NCBI GenBank assembly: GCA_951406725.2
Contig: OX597821.1
Span: 34,348,001-34,412,000, forward strand
Source: Octopus vulgaris
Lineage: Eukaryota
Length of the DNA: 64,000 nt
Reading direction: 5' to 3'
Part shown: positions 12,969 to 25,398 of the stretch, one piece after another
Layout of the letters: each line of letters starts with the position of its first letter
Numbering within the stretch: position 1 is the first letter of the stretch
Made by a program: the position numbers and the translations under genes
The notes under the pieces: model-generated
Seen by the model: the letters and a program-made list of their open reading frames with translations, nothing else
The model's database searches: none
What the model was told of the DNA's origin: nothing

Positions 12969-13562
12969 GCACCGATGCATTGTCTTCCATTGCAATTGCA
13001 TATCGGTTAAGCATGCAGTCGTTAGAATGGTTAAGATAGTGTATTTTGTACCACGACAAACGACACACTGACGTCGAAAAGGACTTTATTTATAGGCTTT
13101 GTAGGGAGGTGATCTAAGCCCTTCCAGAAACAACTTTCATGTGAAGTCTTGTTTCTGATTGGACAATAACTCGGCTGTAATTCGTAATGTAGCAACGTGA
13201 GTTCGCATCCTGCTACACACTCTTTCACTCATTCTCCCATCCGTGTGAAGTCTGGCTTCCGATTGGACAATAACTCGGCTGTACACATGTTCAAGACGTT
13301 GCTACCCTCTTTTTGAGTGATGTAACTTACAAATACATACCTACACAAATCGCCTAACTGGGCCTTGTATCTAAATTAGAAGCCATTCAAGGTGACAAGT
13401 TGGCAGAAATGTTAGCGCGTCGGACAAAATGTTTAGCAGGATCGAGTTTATCCTCCGTTTCTCCGGGGTCCATAAAATAAAGTATCAGTTAAATACTGGG
13501 GTCAATGTATTCAACTCACTCTACCCCTCAAAACTGCGGGTTTTGTGCTAAATTATAAAACA

Positions 13563-13564
13563 AC

Positions 13565-13618
<54 letters not shown>

Positions 13619-13678
13619 TAATATTATTATTACTACTATTATTATTATTATTATTATTATTATCACCATCATTATCAC

Positions 13679-13737
<59 letters not shown>

Positions 13738-13812
13738 CCATCATCACCATCATCACCACCACCATCACCATCACCATCACCATCACCATCATCATCATCA
13801 TTATTATTATTT
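13563..13812. repeat. (ATT)n/(ATC)n microsatellite between decayed SINE A pieces
   Basis: Visible directly; SINE A fragments at about 13390-13560 and 13810-13960. Confidence 0.9.
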
Positions 13813-14049
13813 CTGAGTTCAAATCCCACCGATGTTAATTTTGCCTTTCATCCTTTCAGACCGACAAGATAAATTACCACTCAAGTACTGTAGTTGGTGG
13901 AATCGACTAACCCCACTCCCCTAAAAGTTACTTGACTTGTGCCAAAATTTGAAGCCATCATCATTATTGTTCAGTAGTCTTATATTGACTACCTGCTTCA
14001 ACAGCACAACCGAACACTGCTTTGTACGCCATGTATATGTGCTGTGGTT

Positions 14050-15085
14050 TGTCTTGATGTTGTCATTTTTATAGTAATGGCAGTGCTCTGCGCGGTATGT
14101 TTCAGTGCTATTTCCTGTACGTTATATGTATATATATATATATATAAGTCCTGGTGTTTTGGTTATGTAATTGTCTACATATTTTTTCTCCATACCTAAA
14201 GCACCAACTAATACAGGAACAACTTCTGCCTTCAGGTTCCACATTCGGATTATCTCTATTTTCATGTCTTTGTATTTCGAGAGTCTCTACATTTCTTTTA
14301 GAGATACATTGATATCTGTTGGGACTGATATGTCGATTAGAAGGCGTCGTTTTTCTTGGTGGTCCCCAACAACAATATCTGGCTTATTAGCCTTGATCTC
14401 TGACTGTGTGTATTGCATATCCCAGAATATAGATGTTTTGTATTTTCTGAAACTTCTACTGAAATGTGCCTATACCATCTTTTTTTTTCGGTTGATATTC
14501 CATAGTGCTTGCTCAACTTCTACCGTATATTTTCAGTCCTAACTCTCTTATGTCTAGGGGTATATTCTTTCTTGTCCAGTACTGGACAATCAGAGACAAT
14601 ATGATTTATTGTTTCTTCTTCATCACTACATGTTCTGCAGTTATATTTTTCTTCATTGTGTGCTTTTGATGATTTCTGGTGGGGATCTTGTGCTGCAGTT
14701 AAGAACCCACCAGTCTCTGCTTTGAGTCTCTAACTTCTCAGACAGTGTTGGAATATTTTGCTATTTCTTTTCTGTTTAGCATATTCCAGTATTTGCTATG
14801 TAAGGGTTTTTCTTGCCATTGTTTTATCACAATGTTTTGAAGTTCCAGCTTAGATTTTATTTACATTACAGCTTCTGTAGTTTCTTATTTTTCATCTTAG
14901 CTGTAAGGCGTTAAGGACCTCTTTCTTGTATTTTTCAACTTCCTTGAAGACAGAAACAGTTTTTTGTTTTGCTCATGCCGTGTGGCTATTTGTATCAGTT
15001 TTCTTTGATTCTAAATTAGATATTTCTGTAATCCTATGGCGAATATTTTATAGTAGTTTTCTAGTTGTATTAAGCCTTTACCACC
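14050..15085 (-). pseudogene. R4/Dong-like non-LTR retrotransposon relic (CCHC knuckle plus restriction-like endonuclease)
   Basis: Minus-strand broken translation CRTCSDEEETINHIVSDCP, IFWDM, EIKANKPDIVV, LIDISVPTD, KYKDM...IRMWNLKAEVVPVLVGALG. Confidence 0.8.
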
Positions 15086-15095
15086 TTCAATTCGT

Positions 15096-15151
<56 letters not shown>

Positions 15152-15299
15152 CAACTATCCGATGATACTCAATCCATACTTTAATACACCATTACATATG
15201 AGTAAAGGCAATATATAAAATGAAATGAGATATACAGTAATAGAAAGATAAAGAGATATAAGTAAAAAATTTCAAATATAATATGCAAATAAATCAAAA

Positions 15300-15405
15300 C
15301 TGACAGCTGTTTCGGCAGTGAGGACAGTCATACCTCATTTAACCTATAAGCCATAAAGGCAGGTATAAATGAGGCATTAACGGATGCCCCACGGCCTCTT
15401 CAGAG
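15300..15405 (-). ncRNA. Hammerhead ribozyme, mirror copy in the left arm
   Basis: Reverse complement of 16652-16760 with a small indel in the stem II extension. Confidence 0.7.
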
Positions 15406-15745
15406 AATTAAATTAAATTTGTTATAATAGTGAAAAATATTATATAATCATATACATATAAATATAAAAATATAAAAATGTAAAATATAAAAACTTATAC
15501 ATCATAATGCTACACTTATATAATATAATACACATTTATACAAAAAAGGAAGGTAAACAGAACAAAATAAAACAAAATATATAACAGTGTATATATTAAT
15601 ATTAATAAGTACTGATATTATACATATTTGGCTAATAGTTTTTTTTTATAAAAAAAGGCTAACACATATGGAGATGAAAAATAATAATTAAATCCGTGGT
15701 ACAGTTCATAAAATTCTAAAGCTATAAAAGTTAATAAAAATTACT

Positions 15746-15827
<82 letters not shown>

Positions 15828-16232
15828 TAATAATAAAATAGATACAGTTAAGTTAGCACCAAGTCCATCCTTTCAAGATCGAAATAACTATGAGTTAAGA
15901 AATGCTGACCACTAGGTAAAGAAAATTTAGATTAATTCGATTGGCTATTGGTTTGAAATTTAAATCACAAAAGAAAATTATACGGTTGGTTAGTCAGGGA
16001 ACGCCAATATTCGTGTGTATGTGCGATTGATCTGTAGATGCGTGTGTGAATATTGGCGTTCCCTGACTAACCAACCGTATAATTTTCTTTTGTGATTTAA
16101 ATTTCAAACCAATAGCCAATCGAATTAATCTAAATTTTCTTTACCTAGTGGTCAGCATTTCTTAACTCATAGTTATTTCGATCTTGAAAGGATGGACTTG
16201 GTGCTAACTTAACTGTATCTATTTTATTATTA

Positions 16233-16303
<71 letters not shown>

Positions 16304-16651
16304 AGTAATTTTTATTAACTTTTATAGCTTTAGAATTTTATGAACTGTACCACGGATTTAATTATTATTTTTCATCTCCATATGTGTTAGCCTTTTTTTT
16401 ATAAAAAAAAAAAAACAAACTATTAGCCAAATATGTATAATATCAGTACTTATTAATATTAATATATACACTGTTATATATTTTGTTTTATTTTGTTCTG
16501 TTTACCTTCCTTTTTTGTATAAATGTGTATTATATTATATAAGTGTAGCATTATGATGTATAAGTTTTTATATTTTACATTTTTATATTTTTATATTTAT
16601 ATGTATATGATTATATAATATTTTTCACTATTATAACAAATTTAATTTAAT

Positions 16652-16760
16652 TCTCTGAAGAGGCCGTGGGGCATCCTTGTTAATGCCTCATTTATACCTG
16701 CCTTTATGGCTTATAGGTTAAATGAGGTATGACTGTCCTCACTGCCGAAACAGCTGTCAG
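16652..16760 (+). ncRNA. Minimal type I hammerhead ribozyme with ~90-nt stem II
   Basis: CUGAAGA (16655-16661), GGC...GCC, GAAA-C-AGCU-G-UC (to 16758). Inner helix AUGCCUCAUUUA/UAAAUGAGGUAU. Stem I only about 2 bp (CU/AG). Confidence 0.7.
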
Positions 16761-17132
16761 TTTTGATTTATTTGCATATTATATTTGAAATTTTTTACTT
16801 ATATCTCTTTATCTTTTTGCTATTACTGTATATCTCATTTCATTTTATATATTGCCTTTACTCATATGTAATGGTGTATTAAAGTATGGATTGAGTATCA
16901 TCGGATAGTTGATGTTTTACTGATTTAAGTATGTTTCTCCATTCTCTAATTTTGTAGTATTAATTTACGGTAATATTATTACCTTTACCCATATAATACA
17001 ATAGATGAACTGATTGTTTGACAATTTTTAACATCTATGTATTAATTTTGTTGGGTACCTATCTAGCAGTATATTGGATATATATTATCCCATGGTGGGT
17101 TGAATTTTCAACCCCTATCTCATTTTATATAT

Positions 17133-17204
<72 letters not shown>

Positions 17205-17206
<2 letters not shown>

Positions 17207-17325
17207 AAAAATACAAACTGGGACAAGAACGCAAAACATTTAGGAGACAATACAAAAAACACGGACGGGACATTCGAAGCCTTCAATCTTCAGTCAAGAA
17301 CCGGATCATCCTCGCAATTTCGGCT
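17205..17325 (-). mobile_element. Short Penelope-like terminal fragment next to (TA)n
   Basis: Starts right after the (TA)n tract. Minus strand begins CAGCCGAAAT, possibly a truncated hammerhead 3' half cut by the neighbouring palindrome. Confidence 0.35.
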
Positions 17326-17652
17326 GCGTGGAAAATGTTTATAAGCCATTTAAGAAACAAAAACCGTTAGATTCACTTCAACATTTAAATTTAATTTGCC
17401 AAAATATTTTCGTCGCTTTGAGACCGCGACCTGTTCACTGACAAAATGAGATGCAGCACGGAATTTTGTCAGTGAACAGGTCGCGGTCTCAAAGCGACGA
17501 AAATATTTTGGCAAATTAAATTTAAATGTTGAAGTGAATCTAACGGTTTTTGTGTGCTTCTTAAATGGCTTATAAATACCTTCCACGCTGCAATTGTTTT
17601 CGTTCCAGCACACGATCTCAGATCAGGTCACTTGCAATGCAAGTACATCTCC
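17326..17652 (+). mobile_element. Small fold-back element with hammerhead-like fold, ending at (TA)n
   Basis: Arms 17326-17447 and 17463-17588 are inverted around a 15-bp spacer. The right copy extends to about 17652, followed by (TA)n. Confidence 0.65.
17465..17515 (+). ncRNA. Variant minimal hammerhead ribozyme with G3:C8 swap
   Basis: UUUGUCA-GUGAACA-G-GUCGC(GGUCUCAAA)GCGAC-GAAA-AUAU-UU-UGGCAAA. Stem I 7 bp, stem II 5 bp, palindromic stem III. Mirror copy in the left arm on the minus strand. Confidence 0.6.
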
Positions 17653-18189
17653 GTATATATATATATATATCCTTTCTATGTCAAATTTTGTGCGGTGTAT
17701 TCTAAATTTCATTATTTTTCGTTTTTATCTTTGCAAGAAAGTAATTTTGGTTTTTGTTATACCATTTTGTTATTAAGCCTACTAGATTCCTCTGGGACTA
17801 GTTGGTTTTGCGGCGCTTCTATATTTTGTTAGCATACTCACCTGCTGTACCCATTGAAATTCCTCGGCTATTTTGAAAATTGTATGATGAAATTGTATGT
17901 TTTTCTGAAACATTTGATTCTTGAGATGTGAAAATGCACATAAGCAATATCTCTTTCTCTCTGAAAAGTTGTTGATGCAAAGTTCTGCAGGTCTTTTGAT
18001 TCTTTCCTGGGAACTATAAAAAGAAAACCTTTTTTCGTGAGTGTGTATTTGTGCCGGCCAATGTACTCTTCTTCCACTTTTAGCTACCCTGTCAATATGA
18101 AATGCATTGTAGATAGATAATGCGTTATGTTTATGTGTGGAGTGTCTTACTGTGGCAGAAGAGAAAGGAGAGTGTTGTAGTAGGGGAAT

Positions 18190-19240
18190 AGACTCGACGA
18201 AAGCCTGCTTAAATCGACTGCCTGTCTCTCCTGAATGTCCAAAACCATATACGATGGTTTAGCTTTTTTAACACACGCTACGGGTCAATAAACTGCCTGC
18301 AAACGTGTTTAACTGCATCGTTGCATTCAAATATGTGAGTTCAGGTGTTGATATTGGTTGGAACAAAAGCTAATCGACTGCGATCTCATTATTAACGCAG
18401 GTAACGCCACCATGTAATTTCCTAGTTGATCATTATAGTTGGTAGGGTCAAGTTGTTGAGTAGCTATAGCCAATATCGTTTCACCAGATAGTTTAAGTGC
18501 CGAACCATACAGAGATTCTGTCGGAGAGGAACCGAGGTCTTTCTTTACAGTGGTACATACAGTGGTACTTAGTAATACAATATCCGAATTGGAAAATGCT
18601 TGTAAAGCCGCTTTAAACTGTCGATGAAAACGTTCTATAATTCCGTTAGATATGGGGTGATAAGCGGATCTTTTCGGTTTGAACGGCAGTTTTTTCTAGC
18701 GGTGTCATATGAAATTGTCACCCATAATTATGACCCTAGTATCGATCTATTGCATTTCAATCTGTTTTAGGGTTAGGGTTAGGGGTGGGGGGAAAGGTAT
18801 CTTTTTTTCTTCACAAATGTAAATAAATCCAATCTGTTTCTTAAACGAAGTACATATTCATATGGCACAGAATGTTTTTTAACGTCATTGATTGGTTGAA
18901 ATTGCAGAAACTGAATGAAAAAAAATCACAAATATCTTACAAACTATAGAATTTTCTCATTAAAGCCAAGAGAAATAGATGTTTTATAAACACATTCTAC
19001 CAGTATACGAAGTTTAAAAGTGTTTAGTTAGCTAGAAATTATGTTAAAAACTGCCGTTCAAACCGAAAAGATCCTGATAAGGAATAGAACGAGTTCGAAA
19101 CGTACTTAAGCAGGTTAGATAGGTCGGCAGAAACATTCGATTCGAACTGACGACTCCTGTCGGTTGTTATTGTCATAATAATGTACCAGAGAACTTTCAA
19201 AGCGTAACCAAAACGATCTATGGCTGCTGAAAAAGAAAAA
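18190..19240 (-). pseudogene. Ty3/Gypsy-type integrase relic, split by a MITE
   Basis: Minus-strand motifs IDRF, TITTDRSRQFES, AYHPISNGIIERFHRQFKAAL, VKKDLGSSPTESLYG, THIFECNDAVK and RFKQAF. Confidence 0.85.
18666..19074. mobile_element. GGATCTTTTC-ended MITE (8-bp TSD; Merlin- or Mutator-like)
   Basis: TIR GGATCTTTTCGGTTTGAACGGCAGTTTTT; TSD TGATAAGC/TGATAAGG. Confidence 0.92.
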
Positions 19241-19759
19241 ACCAGAAACATTTATACTACGCTTTGAATTCTTTATGAATTTGTCGATAACAAAACATGA
19301 CACTAGGAATTCGAAAATCGTATCTCTACGGACATAGTTCAAGTTTCTCTTAGCTGACGACATAAGAAATGATATACATAAATGATATAAAGAAATGATA
19401 TACATAAAAAGGTTTGAGTGAAAGAAGAATTCTTTTTAAAGAAAGACATTGATTCAACGATTATAAATGACGGTTTTTAAAACATACATTTATCAATGGT
19501 GTTAAGAAAAAGACAAAACTGAACGTTTGAACTTGTATTGCGGTAGCAAATCTATCTATCACTCTCTAATAATGTAGACCTCCCCCTCTCTCTCTCTCTC
19601 TCTCTTTGTTTCATATTCCTCTCTCTTTATATACATATTTCTCCATCAAGTTATTACCTCTTTTGATGACATAAGCGTAATACACGGAGAAGTTAAGAAT
19701 AATGATTGATTTCTTTTTATATATTGGATTGTATTATATTTGATTTTGTCTTACACGAC

Positions 19760-20120
19760 ACCTAGTACTCTGTATGATACGTTCAGTTATGTATCAACAA
19801 TTCAAAGAAATGGAAGGAGTTTTGTGACTGCTAGTAATGCAAATGTGTTTTTACAGTCTGCGATTTTGAATTCTCGAACTGGAAGTAGATGAGATATTGG
19901 CAATGCGCTTTGTCGTAATAAGTAGGCACTTGTTAAGACAATTTAATTGTGACAAATGAGTAAACTCAACGTGTAATGACTTAATAGTTTTCCATTTTGC
20001 AGACTAACCTAATATCATAAAATTAATTCGTTGAATATAGAAACAAAGTTTTAAATGCTTTTATTTTGAGTTTATTATACAATTTAAATGATATAAATTC
20101 GTCTTGAATAACTTCAGTAA
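19760..20120 (+). repeat. Old dispersed repeat, homologous to ~49560-49950
   Basis: Shared colinear motifs ATTTTGAATTCT, TTGTGACAA, TTTATTATACAATTTA and ATATAAATTC.TCTTGAATAAC. Confidence 0.45.
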
Positions 20121-20195
20121 GTCAGTTATTGTTTTAAATATTTCTACAATATTTTCCAACATATTAGTTAATTTTTAACGCACAGAATAGAAAAT

Positions 20196-20613
20196 GGATC
20201 TTTTCGGTTTGAACGGCAGTTTTTAACATAATTTCTAGGTAACTAAAAAATTTTAAACTTCGTATACTGGTAGAATGTGTTTATAAAACATCTTTTTCTC
20301 TTGGTTTTATTGAGAATATTGTATGGTTTGTAAGATATTTGTTGTTGTTTTTTCTTCAATTTCTGCAATTTCAACCAATCAATGACGTCTATTGAGATAA
20401 AAAGCATTCTGTTCCGTATGAATATGTCCCTAGTTTAAGAAACAGATTGGGTTTATGTACATTTGTGAAGAAAAAAAGATACCCTTCCTCCCACCCCTAA
20501 CCCTAACCCTAAAAGAGATTGAAATGCAATAGATCGATTCTAGGGTCATAATTATGGGTGACAATTTCAAATGACACCGCTAGAAAAAACTGCCATTCAA
20601 ACCGAAAAGATCC
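20196..20613. mobile_element. GGATCTTTTC-ended MITE (opposite orientation)
   Basis: TIRs with perfect TSD TAGAAAAT. Confidence 0.93.
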
Positions 20614-20692
20614 TAGAAAATATCGCCTTATGGTTAAGTTTGTCAAAGAATATCCGCAGAACCTGGATGTAATAACAGGAATAGGAAAGTAA

Positions 20693-20854
20693 GCAGGAAT
20701 GGCTGTGTGGTAAGTAGCTTGCTTATTAACCACATGGTTCCTGGTTCAGTCCTACTGCGTGGCACCTTGGGCAAGTGTTGTCTACTATAGCCCCGGGCCG
20801 ACCAAAGCCTTTTGAGTGGATTTGGTAGACGCAAACTGAAAAGAAGCCTGTGGT

Positions 20855-20892
<38 letters not shown>

Positions 20893-21080
20893 TTGTTTGT
20901 GTGTCTGTCCCCGCAACATCACTTGACAACTGATGCTGGTGTGTTTACATCCCCGTAACTTAGCGGTTCGGCAAAACGAACCGATAGAATAAATACTAGG
21001 CTTACAAAGAATAAGTCTTGAGGTCGGTGCCCTAGCATGGCCGCAGTCAAATGACTGAAACAAGCAAAAGAATAAAAGAA
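20693..21080 (+). mobile_element. SINE family B, near full length
   Basis: Head GCAGGAATGGCTGTGTGGTAAG with GGTTCAGTCC B-box-like motif, CORE-like segment, internal (TG)n and AAAAGAAT tail. Confidence 0.88.
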
Positions 21081-21403
21081 TAATTCCACACACAAAAATT
21101 TTTAAGAGAGTGGGTAGTATAATGAATCTTTTTCCTTTTTACAATATTGACTTATTTTCGTTCGGAGACACAAAGGACACTGTCCAGTATGCTCAATTCA
21201 TAAACGAATATCTGGCGAGCAAAAGCTGAAGCCTGCTAAATTAATAAACAGTTATCTGAAAGCGGTGAGCTGGTAGTATCGTCATCACTCCAGACAATAT
21301 GCTTAACAGTTTTTCTTATTGTTTTCCGTTCTGAGTTCAAATGTCGCCGAGGTCATTTTTGTGCCAATCGTCCTTTCAGGATCGATAAAATAAGTACGAG
21401 TTT

Positions 21404-22111
21404 CAATGGCGGCTCGTAGATAAAAATTAGTTTGGGTGCTGCTTCAGAAAATTTTTAGCCGTTTTTTTAATATTGTGTAAAAGGAAACAAACATATAAAA
21501 AGAAAATTTATACATAAACTTGATCGGTTCGCATTTTAACCACTGCCGGTTAGTGTGTTTGATTTGTTCACTGAACACCGCCACGAATTCCCCCTTGTTT
21601 TATCAAAAATCTGCACGAAATCACAAAATAAGGAGAGGGGAATCTGCCCTATTTTCAAATGTTGGCAGCAACACTGTAGCTGGAAGCAGGATAATAATCT
21701 TATTCTACAATTTATCACATTCAAGAATATAAACTCGTTTCTAAGCACAACAAACGCAGAGTCAAAAAGAAACACTACCTTTCTCCAGTACATTGGGGTC
21801 AGCACTGCGTGAACGACAGAGCTCTCTCTCCCTAGCGTGAAGCTTCCTATCTCGGACATGTGAGCATTTGCACAACAGCCAAGCACCGCGTCGCTGGAAC
21901 TGTGAAGCGCACAGTTTTATACAAGGATTTTTGTATTTTTTCCATAAACTAGGGGGATGGCTACTGACATTAAGCCTAAGTATTATATAATGTACAAGTA
22001 TAAAGAAAGAATTAAAGAAAAAAGGACTCATTATATTGAATGTTATCGATAATATCGAGTGGAAATAGGGGGTGCTGCAGTTTCGCAGTGCCTATACACG
22101 AGCCGCCACCG
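21404..22111. mobile_element. Non-autonomous hAT element nested in a SINE A copy
   Basis: TIRs CAATGGCGGCTCGT / ACGAGCCGCCACCG; TSD ACGAGTTT/ACCAGTTT. Host SINE at about 21260-21403 resumes at 22112-22190. Confidence 0.8.
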
Positions 22112-22249
22112 ACCAGTTTAGCACCGGAGTAGATGTAATTAACAAGTTCCTCCCAGCAAAGTTTCAGGTATTGTCTAGAATAGAAAGAAAAAAATTAAAC
22201 AGTTATCTTGGTATTAGACGTGATTACTCTGTAGATAAATCTTTACGGT

Positions 22250-22333
<84 letters not shown>

Positions 22334-22379
22334 GAGAGAGAGAGATCTTTGAAGATTACTGAAATCTTCAAATGTACAA

Positions 22380-22720
22380 AAATAAATGTTTGAAAACCAT
22401 ACGGTGGTTGAAGGAAAAAATAATACTACGAAACCTGAAACTTAATTGCAAAAACTCCAAAACTATGTAGGATTAGTGAAGAACTTGAGCTGTCGACGAC
22501 AAATGGAATCACAAATTGTTCACAGAAAGTTCTATCCAGACGACGTGAGCAAAATTCCACTGTTAAATTAGATGCTATATAGAAAAAAAATCTACAGAAA
22601 TTTGCAATAACCTATATGCGCAACAATTTGAAATAATTAAAATATTAAATTTGCGAGTCGGCTAGACGAATCGACTGACATTACAAATACGGCCCCGACT
22701 TATGGTGTTTGTTACGTATT
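22380..22720 (+). pseudogene. hAT (Charlie/Buster-type) transposase fragment
   Basis: KFASRLDESTDITNTA and (frameshift) LMVFVTY match the conserved LDESTD catalytic motif. Confidence 0.7.
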
Positions 22721-23527
22721 ATGGGCGGACCCAAGGGGGTGGAGGCTTAGGGACACGTGCCCCCTCAAGAAAAGAAGTACGCCCTTTTCTCCTGGAATTG
22801 TATTCCCTTCTGATCTTGTTCCCGCCCTTCGAAAAATTATTGGGCCGATTAAATAAGTACCAGTTACGCACTGGGTCGATATAATCGACTTAATCCGTTT
22901 GTCTGTCCTTGTTTGTCCTCGCTGTGTTTAGCCCCTTGTGGGCAAGAAAGAAATAAGATGTGAACATCGTTTCCAAAATCAGAGAAGTGGGGAATATCTA
23001 TAAGGAACTGCTTGGAAAGCTAGTTTCTTTATTTTCATTATAAATTCGCTTACAGAAATACAAGGCAAAACTGTAGCTTACTTTGTGCCTCCTCGCATTG
23101 TTCCGGCCTTACGTGAAGTTACACCACACACTGCTTCGCCAAAACTACCTCATTTTCATATCAATAATTATTGCTGCACTTGGTTCTGTAAGTTAATGTT
23201 TAAGAAACTACCTGGAAAAGTTAGAATTTACACCATTTATAAGCACAATCCATAAACGAAACAGTAGAAATATGTAAGACTTTTCCAAAATTCAACATGT
23301 AACACTTAGGTCATACGTCCACTATCTAACGTACGACCACTTATTGCACTGCAACCCTTCATGTCACCCCGGACCCCATGGATCAAATTAGCCGACCCCC
23401 ACCTGCATTATGCAAGTTATCCTTAGCAGAACACATGCTTCAATTTTGACCCATCAAAAATAGCCAGATGGGTGACTAAACCATGCTTTTAAGTATGTTC
23501 CTCCACATTCCATTTACAACAAAAAAT

Positions 23528-23748
23528 GTATTTCTTTACTACCCACAAGGGGCTAAACACAGAGGGGACAAACAAGGACAGACAAACGGATTAAGTCGAT
23601 TACATCGACCCCAGTGCGTAACTGGTACTTAATTTATCGACCCCGAAAGGATGAAAGGCAAAGTCGACCTCGGCGGAATTTGAACTTAGAACGTAACGGC
23701 AGACGAAATACGGTTACGCATTTCGTCCGACGTGCTAACGTTTCTGCC
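23528..23748 (-). mobile_element. SINE family A
   Basis: Reverse complement of the unit at 186-420. Confidence 0.88.
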
Positions 23749-23989
23749 AAAATGATATTCCCAAGTCTACTCCTACAACAGTGTCTACTCCTACAAAAGT
23801 GGCTCACTCACAGCTACGCTGCAGCTGTTTGGACGAAAACAAGGCCGACAGCGACATGAGAATGTCAACCACTCACCAAACGCCTATATTGCAGCTGATC
23901 TCTTTGAAAACGTCTCCTTTTCTCCACTACAGAGTCGCCATAGCAACATTGTAGGGTCCCGGGAAAATCAATGCACTGAGCCTTAAAGA

Positions 23990-24230
23990 ATTTCTTTATT
24001 TCTTTATTGCCCACAGGGGGCTAAACATAGAGGGGACAAATAAGGACAGACAAAGGGCTGAAGTCGGTTAGATCGACCCCAATGCGTAACTGGTACTTAA
24101 TTTATCGACCCCGAAAGGTTGAAAGGCAAAGTAGACCTCGGCGGAATTTGAACACAGAACGTAACGGCAGCCGAAATACCGTTAAGCATTTCGCCCGACG
24201 TGCTAACGACTCTGCCAGCTCACGGCCTTA
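23990..24230 (-). mobile_element. SINE family A, full length
   Basis: Head and tail present; flanked by the direct repeat CCTTAAAGAATTT. Confidence 0.88.
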
Positions 24231-24525
24231 AAGAATTTATTTGTTGACAGCAAACCACAGAAGCCTCTGGGCAACTGACAAGTGTTACCATGATTTAAGA
24301 TGGCCCTTACTCAAAAATGATGGCTCCGTACGCAGTATCTCAATGCAGAAAAGCCTTTAGCTACGCTGCCCGCTTTGTATCCAACTCCACATTACACACC
24401 TTTTGCCAATCTCCTCCAGATCTATCCGTTTCCATTTTAACATGCTCCTTATCTCGTAAATACACACGCCAAGTACGGAACTACCTCCACACAGAAGTAG
24501 TCAACAATTTAATATCTAACCTTCG

Positions 24526-24954
24526 GGATCTTTTCGGTTTGAACGGCAGTTTTTTTCTAGCGGTGTCGTATGGAATTGTCACCCATAATTATGACCCTAG
24601 TATCGATCTATTGCATTTCAATCTATTTTAAGGTTAGGGTTGGTTAGGATTAGGGGTGGGGGGGAAGGGTATCTTTTTTTCTTCACAAATGTAAATAAAC
24701 CCAATCTGTTTCTTAAACGAGGGACATATTCGTACGGCACAGAATGTTGTTTACCTCAATAGACGTATTTGATTGGTTGAAATTGCAGAAATTGAAGAAA
24801 AAAAACAACAAATATCTTACAAACTATAGAATTTTCTCAATATAGCCAAGAGAAAAAGATGTTTTATAAACACATTCTACCAGTATACGAAGTTAAAAAT
24901 TTTTTAGTTACCTAGAAATTGTGTTAAAAACTGCCGTTCAAACCGAAAAGATCC
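24526..24954. mobile_element. GGATCTTTTC-ended MITE
   Basis: TIRs; TSD AACCTTCG/AATCTTCG. Confidence 0.92.
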
Positions 24955-25364
24955 AATCTTCGATCTGACACGTTGTTTTCAAGTTCAAATCCAATTTTTG
25001 CATTCTAGCGGCTGCTTGTGGCGTGTGTGTGTGTGGAATGCGCAAGGCCTAGTGGTTATGGGGTTGCAATGACATTTGCGAGAGCGTAATTTCACTTCCT
25101 GTACCGAGTGGTACGTTGTGTTCTTGAACATAACACCCCATCTCACGTTGCTCTGCGATTACTTCGACACCTGATACGTTGTACATGGAACACTTTGATC
25201 AAACAACAATAAAAAATTCACTTTGACCAAACAACGTCTCGATTTGACGGAGGGGGGTGAGCCAAGGTACGACGCTATAAACAAATCGTTTATGCTCGCT
25301 GTTGAGCAAGAAACTGCAGAACCATCTTTTTTCAGACTGCGTGAAACTTCCCTCATTATCGCCT

Positions 25365-25398
<34 letters not shown>

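Larger units (their letters stand above)
15144..17135 (+). mobile_element. ORF-less Penelope-like element with an inverted 5' copy, inserted in (TA)n
   Basis: Arms 15144-16012 and 16048-16919 are near-perfect reverse complements around a 35-bp spacer. The right copy continues to about 17135. (TA)n lies on both sides and each arm holds a hammerhead. Confidence 0.7.

Noticed and set aside
18768-18792. TTAGGG repeats as a telomere or fusion scar
   Set aside because: Only two to three units, present at the same position within MITE copies.
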